A DNA stretch of 64,000 bases, from NCBI GenBank assembly GCA_963794285.1, contig CAWCDS010000001.1:235088-299087 (forward strand), written 5' to 3'. Both the position numbers and the translations under genes were made by a program. This document shows, piece by piece, positions 40,652 through 51,834 of the stretch; within the stretch, counting starts at the first letter, position 1; each line of letters begins with the position of its first letter. The notes under the pieces were generated by a model. That model did not search any database. It was not told the origin of the DNA and saw only the letters and a list, made by a program, of their open reading frames with translations. The stretch comes from an uncultured Solirubrobacterales bacterium (GTDB lineage Bacteria; Actinomycetota; Thermoleophilia; Solirubrobacterales; Solirubrobacteraceae).

Positions 40652-41485
40652 GTGTTGCCCGCTGCGGCGCGAGAGGCAGTTGATGATCTGCTCGGACGGC
40701 TGGACCGCGCGGTTCCCGGGCGGGTCGACGGGTTCTACGTTGTCGGCTCGGCGTGCCTCGGAGCCTTCCGCGTGGGACGCAGCGATCTGGATTTCGTGGC
40801 GGTCGTTGCCGGTGAGCTCGGCCGCGGCGAGCTCGCGCGGGTCCGGGCGGTGCACATCGGTCGCTGGGGTTCGGCGCTGGTTCGCGACGGCGCTGTGCGG
40901 CGGCGCTGGCCGCTCGTGTGCAACGGCATCTACCTCAGAAGCGGCGACCTGTCGAGGTCGCCGCTCGAGGTCACGCCGCTCGCCGGGCACATCGCCGGCC
41001 GATTCAAGGTTGCCGAACGCGACGGGCTCGACGTCAACCCGGTGACCTGGCACACGCTCGCTGGCCACGGGATCGCGGTCCGCGGCCCGCAACGTGACCG
41101 CCTGCAGATCCACCTCGACGATGCGCAGTTGCGCTCTTGGACGCTCGGGAATCTCAACGGCTACTGGCGCCGGTGGACGGGGCGCGCGCAGCGCAACGTC
41201 GTCGCGACCCAGCGCGCGTTACCCCGGCGGTTCGCCGCTTGGGGGGTGCTGGGGGCCCCAAGGTTGCACTACACGATCGCCACCGGTGCGATTGCAAGCA
41301 AGCAAGCCGCTGGGCATTACGCGCTGGGGACCTTCGACCCTCGGTGGCATGCGCTAATCGAGGACGCCCTTGCCTTCTGGCGCGGAGAGCCTGCGCCTGA
41401 GCCCTATCGACGCCGCCCATCGCGCCGTAATCGCGACGCGGCCGCATTCGTCTGCTCCGTCATTGAGGCCGCCAACCGACAATGA
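40652..41485 (+). CDS. nucleotidyltransferase (aminoglycoside adenylyltransferase/DUF4111-like)
   Basis: YVVGSACLGAF..GRSDLDFVAV pol-beta motif; RLHYTIATGAIASK..AG.YA. Confidence 0.85.
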   Translation: MLPAAAREAVDDLLGRLDRAVPGRVDGFYVVGSACLGAFRVGRSDLDFVAVVAGELGRGELARVRAVHIGRWGSALVRDGAVRRRWPLVCNGIYLRSGDLSRSPLEVTPLAGHIAGRFKVAERDGLDVNPVTWHTLAGHGIAVRGPQRDRLQIHLDDAQLRSWTLGNLNGYWRRWTGRAQRNVVATQRALPRRFAAWGVLGAPRLHYTIATGAIASKQAAGHYALGTFDPRWHALIEDALAFWRGEPAPEPYRRRPSRRNRDAAAFVCSVIEAANRQ

Positions 41486-41562
41486 CTGGCCGCGGAGCCC
41501 GGAGGGTCCACCACCGTACGCGCCGCGTGCTCGCTGAGAGGGTGCGACGCCAACGGCGAGCG

Positions 41563-41590
41563 CGTCTCACCGACCAAGGCTCAGCGGACC
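41563..41590 (+). repeat. boundary motif
   Basis: CGTCTCACCG-ACCAAGGCTCAGCGGACC. Confidence 0.75.
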
Positions 41591-41833
41591 ACCTGATTCC
41601 TGCGCGGGATGTCGCTCAGACAGGCGCCTACTTCGCCCGCGAGCATCGCCTGACTGGGAGCGACCGCGCGGTGCGCGCGGCATCGCCCACGGCACAGAGC
41701 CAGCTGCGCGCCGTGGTGGACGATGCGACCGGGGGACTGCCCCGTCGGCCAGGCGATCCGCGGCAACGTCGCGATGCCGGCGATGGCCACAGTTCCGACG
41801 CTGTGTGAGCGCTGTTGTGGAAGTATCGGCGCC

Positions 41834-42273
41834 ATCAGCGATCCCCGCACCGCACCGTACGGCTCCGTGCGCCTGGCCGACGTGGACACCCTGGCCCAGG
41901 TCGACCCCGGCAACCCGGACGTCAACGACTGCGCGTTCCATCTCGTCCGTCGTCATTTCGACGTCCGGGCGTTCGGCGTCAACGCCGCGACGGGAAACGC
42001 CGGCGACGTGATGATCGAAGAGCATCACGAGGCCGACGACGAGGAAACCAGACGCACGGCCACCAGGAGCTCTTCGCCGTGATGACCGGACACGCGGTCT
42101 TCACGGTCGAGGGCGAGGCGATCGACGCGCCGGCCGGGACGATCGTCTTCGTGCGCGATCCGGCGTTGCGCCGCGCTGCCCGGGCAACCGCTGAGGACAC
42201 CGCGATCTTTATCGTTGGAGGACCCGTCGGCGTCCCGTACACCGTTTCGCGCTGGGAAGCCCCGCTTCGGTAG
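41834..42273 (+). pseudogene. cupin protein, frameshifted
   Basis: VRRHFDVRAFGVNA..IEEHHE / GHQELFAVMTGHAVFTVEGEAIDAPAGTIVFVRDP; shift at about 42045. Confidence 0.8.
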
Positions 42274-42454
42274 CCGAGCAACGCCCGGCATCAGCCGCGC
42301 AACGCGGAACGCACCGCTTGGGGCCCAGCCCGATGGTGTAGAACGTTGGTCGAAAGAAAGTGGGGCGATCCATGTCGGCTGCGGCGCGGTTCGCGGGAGG
42401 ACGACGAAACACGGCCCGATGAGGGCCAGCGGGTTGGCGGCTACACGCTGCTGG

Positions 42455-43138
42455 CTAGACGGTGGGCTGTGAGGCCTTCGTCGGTTCGGCGAGCAAGCCC
42501 GTCACGACGAATTCGGTCTGCTCGGCGACCTGGACTGCGTTGTCGCCGACGCGCTCGAGGCAGCGAGCGACGAGGACCATGAACATCCCCCACTCGCGCA
42601 GCTCGAACTCGTCGCCAATCGCGACCGCGCGGCTGAAGACCTCGCGATTGAGCCGATTGATCACCATGTCCTGTCGGACGATGTCTTGAGCGAGGACAAC
42701 GTTGCGGGCGGCGAATGCCTCGTTGGCTTGGGACACCAACCAGCGAGCGACTTCACCCATGCGCCCGATCGCGTCGACGATGTCCTTGTCCTTTGGCGAC
42801 TCGTGACCCGAGAGCGGCACGAGCTTGGCGATCGTCACACACTGGTTGCTCATCCGCTCGATACAGCGGGCGATGTGCAGCAGCGCCGCCACGATCCGCA
42901 GATCTCCCGCGACCGGTGCCTGGCGTGCGAGCACCGTCAGGATGCCTTGTTGAATCCCCAGCGAGCTCTGGTCGATTCCCTCGCCGTCGGCGATCGCCAT
43001 GCACGCCAGTTCGATGTCCTGGTAGATGACCGACTCCACCGCTCGGTCGAGCGCTCCGATCACCAGCTCAAGACCACCGAGAGTCTGGCGCTCGAGTTCA
43101 GCGAGGTCTTCATGAAACTGGTGGCGAGTCTCCCGGAT
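42455..43138 (-). CDS. phoU: phosphate signalling protein PhoU (expected start codon reads ATC)
   Basis: RHQFHEDLAELE..., ARQAPVAGDLR, CIERMSNQCVTIAK, ARCLERVGDNAVQVAEQTEFVVTG. Confidence 0.88.
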   Translation of the reverse strand: MRETRHQFHEDLAELERQTLGGLELVIGALDRAVESVIYQDIELACMAIADGEGIDQSSLGIQQGILTVLARQAPVAGDLRIVAALLHIARCIERMSNQCVTIAKLVPLSGHESPKDKDIVDAIGRMGEVARWLVSQANEAFAARNVVLAQDIVRQDMVINRLNREVFSRAVAIGDEFELREWGMFMVLVARCLERVGDNAVQVAEQTEFVVTGLLAEPTKASQPTV

Positions 43139-43530
43139 TCGCTAACCGTACCCCCTGTTCAGGGCGTGTCCGCATCATCGTCGTCTCATGCTCTCGGTGC
43201 GGGCGCGATCCGTAGAACGACGCTCGAACGACAGCGCGCCGCTGGCAGCGGACTCCGCCCGCCAGCCCAACGCTCCGCGAACCGCCCCGTGTCCTGCTCG
43301 AGAACGAGCCACAAGGAGCGATGTTGTGCATGCGGCGACCGTGCGCGCTCCACCAGCCGTTCTTGCAGATGCGAGCGCTCGCACCGCCGGAGCGCACGGA
43401 CGATGGCTAGTTGCTAGTGGATGTGGAAGCCGCCCGGGCCGTAGGTATCCAGGAGCGGTTTGGTCGCCATCGGACGTGATCCTAGGCCGCGGGCAGAAGT
43501 CGCTATGAGCCGCCCGGGGGTGGCCCTCTT

Positions 43531-43845
43531 CTAGGCCGATGCCGGGACGGTTTCAAGCGGCGCGCACTCGGCGAACGCTTCGATCAGACGCTCGCGCTGA
43601 AGCTCAGCAGTCGTCGGCCCATTGGGCTGCCAGCGCTCGGCGGCAAGGCCGCGCATCAGCATGTCAAACGCCTTGCGGGCCTCCACGGCCTCAGCGTCGG
43701 TCGGGGAGTTGGCGAGCAGAAGCCCTTCGGCTGCCCACAGGATGCTGTCGGCTTCGGCGTCCAACAGCTTCACGTTGCGGAGTTCTTCAACGAGACCGCG
43801 AACTGCCTTGTAAGCGTCGTAGCGGGCTGTCCGTGTGCTGTCCAT
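43531..43845 (-). CDS. hypothetical protein
   Basis: 104 aa, MDSTRTARYDAY...KLLDAEADSILWAAEGLLLA. Confidence 0.7.
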   Translation of the reverse strand: MDSTRTARYDAYKAVRGLVEELRNVKLLDAEADSILWAAEGLLLANSPTDAEAVEARKAFDMLMRGLAAERWQPNGPTTAELQRERLIEAFAECAPLETVPASA

Positions 43846-44686
43846 GGCGCTCTCTCTTTGTTCGAAAGACTCGGAGTGTGTCCATCCACTGCAGGGAGTA
43901 TCGGCACGCTGACCGGAACACTTGCGCCGGGATTCCACTGTGGTGAGACATCGATGTCGCCGCCTCGACGGCACGGTTAGGACGCGCCGCGTCGAGGACG
44001 CTCAACTCAGACACGAACTCGCTGGCCCCTGGGGCGGAGCGCCGCGAGGACGTCGCGACCGCGCGCGAGAGGGATCGCGCAGCCGTCGCGATCCCTTGCT
44101 GCTGGACGGCCGGCAACGGTCATGCCGAGGGCGTGAGCTCGTGCACCCGCGCGTAACTGTCGTGCAGCAGTACGCGCGCGATGCCCTCGGCGTGCGCGCG
44201 GCGCCGCGCGGACCCTTGCGCCTCGCTTGCCATCACTCACCCGCCGCGTCCTGGCTCGGCGTCCCGGCGTGCGAACTCGCGCCGGCAGACGGACACGAAC
44301 CGCCGCCAACCGACCTCCGCGCGCAGGCGCCGCTCGCGATCTGCTCTGGCGCTCAGCGCGCGTCGCGATCGCTGACGCCGAGGCTCGCGGCCGGGCAACG
44401 AACCGATCGCGGCGGACACCTGCGAGGCAGAAGCACGCGTCGGATTCGGCATGAGGTTCCTCCTTCGCGATCCCTCACCGCCTCAACGCATTCGCTGGTT
44501 CGGGAGGGCTCACCACTCGGGGAGGATCAGCCTCGGCGCTTCCCGGGTCAGACCTGGTCGGGCCGATCAGGCCACGTCCAGACTGAGGCTCCTAAATCGA
44601 CTAGCCGACCGTGGACGCTAGCACCATCACCACCGATAGTGAACTGGGGGCGCCTGCTTGGAGCCTGCCCGATGTTGCTGGTACGG

Positions 44687-46411
44687 TCAGGCCGTTCCCG
44701 TTGCGCGTGTCGGATCGGGCTCTGTGGCGAGCGCTTTGGCGGCGCGTCGCTGCGCGGGGAAGCTTGCTGTGACGGTGGTTCCCTTGCCCGGGGAGGAGCC
44801 AATTTGGATTGTTCCGTGGAGTAGTTGCACGCGTTCGCGCATGCCGAGCAAGCCAAATCCGGCGGTGCTGGTGGCTGTGTCGAAGCCGTCGCCGTCGTCG
44901 CGGACGCTGAGCTGGACTGTGGTTGGGTCCTCGCGGGTTTCGATCACCGCTCTCGTGGCGTGGCCGTGCTTGGTGGCGTTGGTCAGCGCTTCCTGGATGA
45001 TCCGGTAGATCGTGCTCTCAAGCTCGGGGGTGTGGCGCATCGGTTCGCGGCCCTGCTCGAACGCAAGCTCGATCGAGCTGTCGATCTCTAAACCATGGCG
45101 GCTGGCGCGCTCACACAGCGCCGCGAGCGCCGCGGCGAGCCCCAGTTGGTCCAACGCGGCGGGGCGCAGATCGGTGACGAGCCCACGGAGGTTCGAGATT
45201 CCGTCCTCGAGCTGCTCGATCGCGTCGGTGACGGCTCCCTCGAGCACGGCCTCGCCGCCCTTGCGGCGAGCGATCGACAGACTCAGCCTCAGCCCGGCCA
45301 GGCTCTGCAAGGTCTCGTCGTGAAGCTCCCTCGCCCAGCGCCCCCGCTCATCTTCCGCGGCCACCAGCCGCTGGCGTTGAAGCTCAGACGCCGCGCTACG
45401 AGCGGTCGCGACGGAGATAGCCGCGCTGGTCGCGAACCCCTCTAACAGCGCCTGGTCCTGAGCTGTGAACGCCGGGCCATCGTGCAGCCGGTCAAGCGCG
45501 ATCAGAACGCCGTAGCTCTGGTTGCGAAAGATCAGCGGGACGACGAGGCCAGCCTTGGCGCTGACTCCGAGCCGACCGAGGCCGTGCTGGTCAAAGCGCG
45601 CGCGGTTGAGCTCGACCTCCAAGCGGTGCGTCGTGCGCGTGCGCAGCGCCGCGCTGGCGACCGAGTCGGCCAACGCGATCCGCTTTCCGATCAGACCGGC
45701 CGGCCCGTCTCCGGCCGCGGCGGCGATCACAAGCTCGCTGCCGTGCACGATCTCGATCAGCAGTGCGTGTGCGGAAACCAGCGCCCGCCCGCGCTTAGCG
45801 ACGAGCTCGAGGATCACATCGACATCGGTCGCGCCGCCGACGGCATGCGTGATCTCGGTGGTCGCCTCGAGCGCCGCGACCATCCGCGCCAGCCTGTCGC
45901 CGCGCGTCGCCGCACCCGTGTAGCGACGCGCGTGATCGATCGCGAGACCCGCGAACCTCGCGAGTGTCGTGACCGACTCCTGATCCTCCTCGGTGAACTG
46001 CCCGCCGTCTGCTTTCTCGGTCAGATAGATACTTCCGAACGGCACGCCGCTGACAAGGATCGGAACGCCGAGAAACGAGCGCATCGACGGATGCCCGAGT
46101 GGAAAGCCGTAGGAGCGGGGATGATCGCCGACGTTGGCCAGACGCAACGGCACCGGATCGCGGATCAGCTCGCCGAGCACCCCATGACCTCGCGGCAGCA
46201 CGCCGATCTCCCGCCGAGCGTCTTCCTCGATTCCCACCGTGATGAACCGCTCAAGCCCTGTCTTCGACGCGTCGAGCACACCGACCGCCGCGTACCGCGC
46301 GCCGGTCAGCTCGCGCGCCGATTGAAGCACCCTGTCGATGACATGATCCAGGTCCAGTTCGCCAAGCACGCCCCCGGCGACGTCCAGCAAGCTCCGACAC
46401 TGCTCGTCCAT
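44687..46411 (-). CDS. GAF-GAF sensor histidine kinase (DosS/DevS-like, HisKA_3)
   Basis: HPRSYGFPLGHPSMRSFLGVP, ERGRWARELHDETLQ, QEALTNATKH, DDGDGF, GFGLLGMRER. Confidence 0.95.
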   Translation of the reverse strand: MDEQCRSLLDVAGGVLGELDLDHVIDRVLQSARELTGARYAAVGVLDASKTGLERFITVGIEEDARREIGVLPRGHGVLGELIRDPVPLRLANVGDHPRSYGFPLGHPSMRSFLGVPILVSGVPFGSIYLTEKADGGQFTEEDQESVTTLARFAGLAIDHARRYTGAATRGDRLARMVAALEATTEITHAVGGATDVDVILELVAKRGRALVSAHALLIEIVHGSELVIAAAAGDGPAGLIGKRIALADSVASAALRTRTTHRLEVELNRARFDQHGLGRLGVSAKAGLVVPLIFRNQSYGVLIALDRLHDGPAFTAQDQALLEGFATSAAISVATARSAASELQRQRLVAAEDERGRWARELHDETLQSLAGLRLSLSIARRKGGEAVLEGAVTDAIEQLEDGISNLRGLVTDLRPAALDQLGLAAALAALCERASRHGLEIDSSIELAFEQGREPMRHTPELESTIYRIIQEALTNATKHGHATRAVIETREDPTTVQLSVRDDGDGFDTATSTAGFGLLGMRERVQLLHGTIQIGSSPGKGTTVTASFPAQRRAAKALATEPDPTRATGTA

Positions 46412-46867
46412 CAGCCCGTCCCCCGGGCGTATCCCGATCGCGAGCGAACGGACACCCGCGCTTGGTTCAAAGCGGTCCGTTTCATCTCACGAGCCTCCTT
46501 CACGACCGTCCCGCAGCCCACCATGCAGCGTTCCACGGGGACGTTCTAATTCAGAGGATCAGAAGGGCGCAATCCCGGAACGCCCGCCAGGCCGAAACAA
46601 GCGGCGTCCAGCTGAGGCTCTTGGTCAAACGAGCCTACCACTGCGTCGAAATGACAGTTCTCCGCGCAGCGCAGCGAACGAGCCGGGGCCGTCAGAGAAG
46701 GGGGAGCGCCGGCTCGGCGGTGCTGAACCCAGCGCCCTGGGCGCTACGCGCGGGGGTCGAGCTTGCGACCGTCAATTTGCTACGCAGCGAGGTGACCATG
46801 GCGCTCCAGCCGCAGACACGCGAGGGCCGGCCCCCGCAGGGCCGGTGCTGCAGCTTGAAGACTCAGC

Positions 46868-46995
46868 TCAGTGAGTGTCCGTGCTCGGGAGCGGTTCGAG
46901 CACGAACACTTCGACCGCGAGGTCGGGGTCGATGTGGTTATCGCTTATGAAACCGATCACTTTGCGTCCTGTCAGGTCCTCGATCTCGCGAACTC
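46868..46995 (-). pseudogene. DUF2294/MpsC family C-terminal fragment
   Basis: VREIEDLTGRKVIGFISDNHIDPDLAVEVFVL. Confidence 0.75.
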
Positions 46996-47149
46996 TCGCT
47001 CCACCAAGTACGCCCTCCGCGACGAGAACGACACGTGCCCTCCTCGCTGGAAGCCCCGGCCCCAACGAGAAGGGCAGGCTCCCCCGCCAGAAACCGAACA
47101 AGACACCTACGTCAAGTGCCCTCACGCTGTCTGAATGTCTCCAGCCCTC

Positions 47150-47248
47150 CGTCACACGAGGGATGGATCAGCGGACGCTCCCGACTACCCTTTCATGGCC
47201 TCCGATGTCGGCACCGCTGGCGTCGCAGAAGTCAACGATCACCGAACG
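47150..47248 (+). repeat. boundary motif pair (period 71)
   Basis: CGTCACACGA-GGGATGGATCAGCGGACG and CGTCGCAGAA-GTCAACGATCACCGAACG. Confidence 0.85.
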
Positions 47249-47313
47249 GCTGGCCAGACGTTTGCAGCGACCGGGTCGGTGCCGAATCGTTCGTGTTGGC
47301 GAGAATGTCGCGT

Positions 47314-47975
47314 ATGGCGCTCTACGATCGGATCGGTCGGGGCTACGTCGAGGTTCGGCAGCCCGATCCTCGACTGGCCGCTGTGATCTGGAAGGGGCTG
47401 GGCGACGCGAGGACGGTCGTCAATGTTGGTGCGGGCGCGGGTTCGTACGAGGCGACTGATCGGGAGGTGGTGGCGGTCGAGCCATCCGCCGTCATGATTG
47501 CCCAGCGCTTGGCGCGATCGACAACAGGGCTTGCGGGAGCTGCGGCGAGTAGCACGCCAGCGGGTGGTGCTGTTCAACGCAAGTCCTGAAGAGGCGCACC
47601 TGTTCTGGCTGACGGTCGAGTACCTGCCGGGGTTCCTCGAGCTCATCCCAGCGCGCTATCGCGCCGACGGCGCGTGGCAGCGTGAGGTCGAGCGGCAGTT
47701 GGGGCCCGTGACGATGGTTGCGGCGCCGATCCCGTGGGATTGCCTGGACGGGTTCTACGGAGCCTTCTGGCGGCGCCCGGCGGAATACCTCGACCCTGCC
47801 GTTCGTGCAGGCGTATCGGTTTTCGCCCGGCTTGCCCCTGCGCCCGTCAAGGAGGCCATGCAAGCGCTTGACGCCGACCTGCGTTCTGGCGCCTTGGCAC
47901 GAGCGCCACCGGGACCTACTCCAGCTCGTCGAGCTCCACCTCGGCTATTACGTGGTCATCGCCGAACTGAGCTAG
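47314..47975 (+). pseudogene. class I SAM methyltransferase with internal deletion and frameshifts
   Basis: MALYDRIGRGY..RQPDPR..VVNVGAGAGSYE..VAVEPSAVMIAQR / WRDRQQGLRELRRVAR..DCLDGFYGAFWRRP / WHERHRDLL..LGY. Confidence 0.88.
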
Positions 47976-47993
47976 ACAACGCCGAGTCCAAGA

Positions 47994-48020
47994 CGTCCGG
48001 GTACCAACGCTCAGCGAACG
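47994..48020 (+). repeat. boundary motif
   Basis: CGTCCGGGT-ACCAACGCTCAGCGAACG, 18 bp after the methyltransferase stop. Confidence 0.8.
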
Positions 48021-48091
48021 TCGCCGGCGGCAGCGCATCTGCCTTCTCGAGCAGCCCCACTCCGAGCGCGACCGCGATAATCCCGAACCTG

Positions 48092-48200
48092 ATGCAGCTG
48101 TACTGGAGACCGCGCACCGCGGCGTTTTGCCGCCGATGCTGCGCTCGGCGAGATCGGCGTGCCGTACGAGCGCGTCCTGGTGGAGCGAGACTCTTCCGGG
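48092..48200 (+). pseudogene. glutathione S-transferase N-terminal fragment
   Basis: MQLYWRPRTAAF / AALGEIGVPYERVLVE. Confidence 0.6.
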
Positions 48201-48298
48201 ACCGTCCCGACGACCCTGCTTGTCTATGTGCGCGGATATTGGACGTGACGCAACTCCCGTCGCAGCGCGGAAACCGGGCCGCCGAGCCGGCGCGGCTG

Positions 48299-48396
48299 TG
48301 TCCCATGACCGATCGCGCAGCGGACACCTCAGCCGGGTAGGCGGCCCCGAAAGCCGGCGTCGGGCCAGGCGTCCGCAATGGAAGGTCTTGCGAACA
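48299..48396 (+). repeat. boundary motif pair (period 71)
   Basis: TGTCCCATGA-CCGATCGCGCAGCGGACA and CGTCCGCAA-TGGAAGGTCTTGCGAACA. Confidence 0.75.
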
Positions 48397-48511
48397 CAGC
48401 TGAGAGACGCGGATCTGGCGATTGCGAGGTCTCTCGCATCGCCGAGCTGCGGCCCTGCATTCGTGTTGACACGGACCTTGTCGCTGGCGCTCCTTAGCAC
48501 TTAGCCGTTTG

Positions 48512-49387
48512 TCAGACATCCGGCAGCGTTAGATCGAGTTCTGCCAGGCGCTCCGGGTCAAGGAGCGCGTCGATCTGGGTGATCTTTCCGTTCGTGACGG
48601 TGAAGGCCATCACCGAGAACATGCGGCCGTCGGGCGCCACTACGGCCCCAGCGGCGCCGTTCACGAGCGCTGGTCTGACGAATGGGTAGAGCTTCGAGTA
48701 GGTGGTCGTGTGCGCGGCCACGGCGTCCGCTCCGTGCAGCAGAAGCGAGGCGTCTGCGCGCAGGACGCCGCCGTCGATCCGCAGTTCAACGTTGGGGTCG
48801 AGCACCTCGAGGAGGGCGTCGAAGTCGCCGTCCCGCGAAGCGGCGAAGAACGCATCGACGACGCGTCTCTGCCGCGCGAGGTCACGGTCTGGCGCGGGCG
48901 AGCCGCGCACGCGCCGGCGGGCGCGGCTGGCAAGCTGCTGGGTGGCCACTTCGGAGCGGTCGAGCGCCGTGGCGATCTCGGCGAATGGCACGCCGAACAC
49001 GTCGTGCAGCACAAACGCGAGCCGTTCGGCGGGCGTGAGCGCGTCGAGCACCACGAGCAGGGCCAGACCGACCGAGTCGGCCAGGAGCGCCTCTTGTTCG
49101 GGGCCGTCATCCTCGAAGCTGACCACCGGATCTGGGACCCGCACCCAAGGCTCCTCGCGTCGCGCTCTGCGCGAGCGCAGCATGTTCAGGCACACCCGAC
49201 CGACGACGGTCGTCAGCCAGGGCTGCATGTTCTCGACTCTCCCGGGTTGCTCGTCGCGAATCCGGAGCCACGCCTCCTGAAGCGCATCGTCGGCTTCGCT
49301 CACCGATCCGAGCATTCTGTAGGCGACCGAGCGGAGATGCGGCCGGTGCTGCTCGAAGCGCTCGGTCAACCACTCGCGCTCGTCCAT
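48512..49387 (-). CDS. ECF41 (SigJ-like) sigma factor with C-terminal SnoaL domain
   Basis: AYRMLGSVSEADDALQEAWLR, LTPAERLAFVLHDVF, DGGV, LVNG. Confidence 0.93.
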   Translation of the reverse strand: MDEREWLTERFEQHRPHLRSVAYRMLGSVSEADDALQEAWLRIRDEQPGRVENMQPWLTTVVGRVCLNMLRSRRARREEPWVRVPDPVVSFEDDGPEQEALLADSVGLALLVVLDALTPAERLAFVLHDVFGVPFAEIATALDRSEVATQQLASRARRRVRGSPAPDRDLARQRRVVDAFFAASRDGDFDALLEVLDPNVELRIDGGVLRADASLLLHGADAVAAHTTTYSKLYPFVRPALVNGAAGAVVAPDGRMFSVMAFTVTNGKITQIDALLDPERLAELDLTLPDV

Positions 49388-49394
49388 CGTCAGT

Positions 49395-49805
49395 TCACCT
49401 CCGCCCCGCCTGCGGAAGCTCCAGACGTCGATGACCGAGCTGCGCCGGATAGGAGACTCCTGAGCGGTCGGACGCGGCGGCGCCGTGGACTGACCGCCCT
49501 TCGGCTCCACCGGCGCCGGACCAGGCGGCGTCGGCGTCGCCTGACCGTTTTTCGCGTGATCGCCACCAGCGCCACGCCACGACGAGCGGCCCAGCGAGTA
49601 CCAAGCCGACCACGACGGGGATCGGAAGCGCAGCTGCAGCGAGCGCCTTCAGTGCCAATGCCGGCAGCGCGAACGGAGCCAGAGGGAGGACGAGCATCCC
49701 GAGCCCGGCCGCGACATCGGACACCTCATCGAAGAAACCGAGACCGGACACGGTCCTATTGTTCGGCGGCAGTGAGCGTCCTGTTCGTGCCGCCGTGGCC
49801 GACAT
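49395..49805 (-). CDS. hypothetical membrane protein
   Basis: GLGMLVLPLAPFALPALAL...PVVVGLVLAGPLVVAWRWW; lies between doxX and the ECF41 gene. Confidence 0.6.
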   Translation of the reverse strand: MSATAARTGRSLPPNNRTVSGLGFFDEVSDVAAGLGMLVLPLAPFALPALALKALAAAALPIPVVVGLVLAGPLVVAWRWWRSREKRSGDADAAWSGAGGAEGRSVHGAAASDRSGVSYPAQLGHRRLELPQAGRR

Positions 49806-49843
49806 CCGATTCGGAACGGTGCGGCGAGCTGCGTAGCGCGTGA

Positions 49844-50200
49844 TCACCATTGGTTGTGGTAGCCGAATGTTGTGACGAGGACACCGGCGGCCAGCATCAG
49901 GAAGAAGACCGCGCCACCGACACCGGAGTCGCGCGCCCGGATATGCGCGCCGATCGCGCAGATGAAATAGACGACGAGACCGATCGCGGCCGCCTTGCCG
50001 AGCAGCGGCACCGCGAAGCCGATCAGCAGCCCGACCGCGCCCGAGGCCAGCAGCGTGCCGAACGGGAGCATCCACCTCCGCGACACGCGTACCCGGTCCG
50101 CGACGAGCTTGACCGACTCGGCGCCGACGAAGTTCAAGCCTGCCGCATAGCTGGTCGCGAGGACCGCCAGGATCGTGACTATGAGGTACGCAGTGTGCAT
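49844..50200 (-). CDS. DoxX family membrane protein
   Basis: GAVGLLIGFAVPLLGKAAAIGLVVYFICAIGAHIRARD. Confidence 0.88.
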   Translation of the reverse strand: MHTAYLIVTILAVLATSYAAGLNFVGAESVKLVADRVRVSRRWMLPFGTLLASGAVGLLIGFAVPLLGKAAAIGLVVYFICAIGAHIRARDSGVGGAVFFLMLAAGVLVTTFGYHNQW

Positions 50201-50351
50201 ACCCATAGGACACGCGTGGTCGAGAAAACCTGACACGAACGCCCCAACTCTCGGCGGTCCCCCGTCGCATCAACGCAGTCCTGCTCCCTAACCACCGCGG
50301 GCACCTACGAGCATCCGGCGGCCCGCGCCGCAACGCGCGTATGGCAGGTCC

Positions 50352-50449
50352 CGTCGCACAAGCCGATCGACCAGCGCACGCCGAGAACCTCCGATCGGGG
50401 TGCGCGGATCCGGGGGCCCGGCGTCGCAGTACCTAACGACCAGCGGACG
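50352..50449 (+). repeat. boundary motif pair (period 70)
   Basis: CGTCGCACAA-GCCGATCGACCAGCGCACG and CGTCGCAGTA-CCTAACGACCAGCGGACG. Confidence 0.9.
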
Positions 50450-50767
50450 CGGATCGCCCGGCGGCTCCGCCACCGGGGTATGAGTCGTGAGAGCGGCGTG
50501 TTGCCGGACCATGTCCGCAGCTCACTCCGGCGTCCGGATGTGGACTGAGGTTCGCTTCCGGTTGTGTCGAGGAGTTTGGGAGCGTGCGGGCGTCTGCGAG
50601 CCGCGTCAGCGCCAACCGCCGGAACCGGCCGGCGCGATCAGATCAGCCGGGTGTTGTCATGCCCAGCCCTGGGGTCTCTTCCCGGCGGAGCGTCCACAGC
50701 TGACGATGACAGGCGAGTAGGCAAAGCGGAAGGTGGATGTTCGCCACGACAAGATCGGAGGCAGTTG

Positions 50768-51094
50768 ATGAAGATGTTTAGACGAAGCCGGGGTTGGGTC
50801 CTGGGACTCGCGCTGGCGGCCGCCGGGCTGGGAATTCTCCCCGCCGCGTCGAGCGCCGCGCCGCGCCGGGCTCAGTGCGCGACGATCAATGAGAACGTCG
50901 CGGATGAGCTCGGCTGGGTGAACTACTTCACCGCCTTGAGTTCAGCCTGCTATCGGGCAGGCAACATCGACGGCGCTGTCAGCGCATCGAATATTGCGGG
51001 CACGTATCAGAGTCTCGCCGACGGGGCATGCGGCTCGCTGCACAACTCGGATGCCGACGTGTTCGTAGCGGCGCCACACGCTCCGCGAATGTGA
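50768..51094 (+). CDS. small secreted hypothetical protein
   Basis: GGAGG RBS; signal peptide ending ASSA-AP. Confidence 0.65.
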   Translation: MKMFRRSRGWVLGLALAAAGLGILPAASSAAPRRAQCATINENVADELGWVNYFTALSSACYRAGNIDGAVSASNIAGTYQSLADGACGSLHNSDADVFVAAPHAPRM

Positions 51095-51834
51095 ACACGG
51101 ACGGTCCCTCCAGCGGTGAATGATGGCGGGTTCGCAACCGTCGCCAGAGCGGAGGACGCTCTGGCGCGCTTGCGTGCCGCTGGACGATCACCGTCGAACT
51201 CGATCCGGTCTGGCGTTGCGTCCACGGCCGCAGCGCCAGACGCTGCGGCCGCGGTCATGCGCTCTCTTCCGGTCGCCGGGCCGCTGAGGCTGCCCCGGGG
51301 CTCGTGGAACCGGGATGTGACGGCCCTCCTTCCAGGCTCCGCTGCTCGGCTCGGGAGGGTCGCGCACGATCGGTCGCCGACGCGACCGTCCATCTCGGCG
51401 TTGAGCCTCACGTCGGGCGCCGCCTCGCGGGAGAAGGACCAGCGAACAGCGGAATGCGCGGTCTCGTGGCTGGATCTGTCCGGTTGCAGTCGCGGTCGCG
51501 GGCCGCGGCAGGGCCGCAATCGTGGCTGCCCAGCATGAATGGGGGTCACGCGGTCGGCCCCGATCGCGTGGCTGCATTCCGCGCGCCTATGTTCTGCGGC
51601 CGGTGATGTTCTGTGGGCCTTAGCTTAGCTGCGCTCGGTTTTCCCTGCTCAGGGTGAAATCGCCGCTAGAACCGGGTGCTGGCGCATTTCCCCTCCGGTC
51701 ACTCTTCGGTCAACGGCGCCTGAACCCCGATCGCGAAGATCCTGTTGTCATCGTCCACGCTGAAGGTGGTCTGTATCTTGCCCGGGCGGTTGAGCGCATA
51801 CGCACTCGAGCCGAGCTTCTTGACCCCATCCGGG

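Noticed and set aside
44007-44452. Small ORFs after a strong GGAGG RBS
   Set aside because: Arg-rich with no recognisable motif; coding status cannot be supported.
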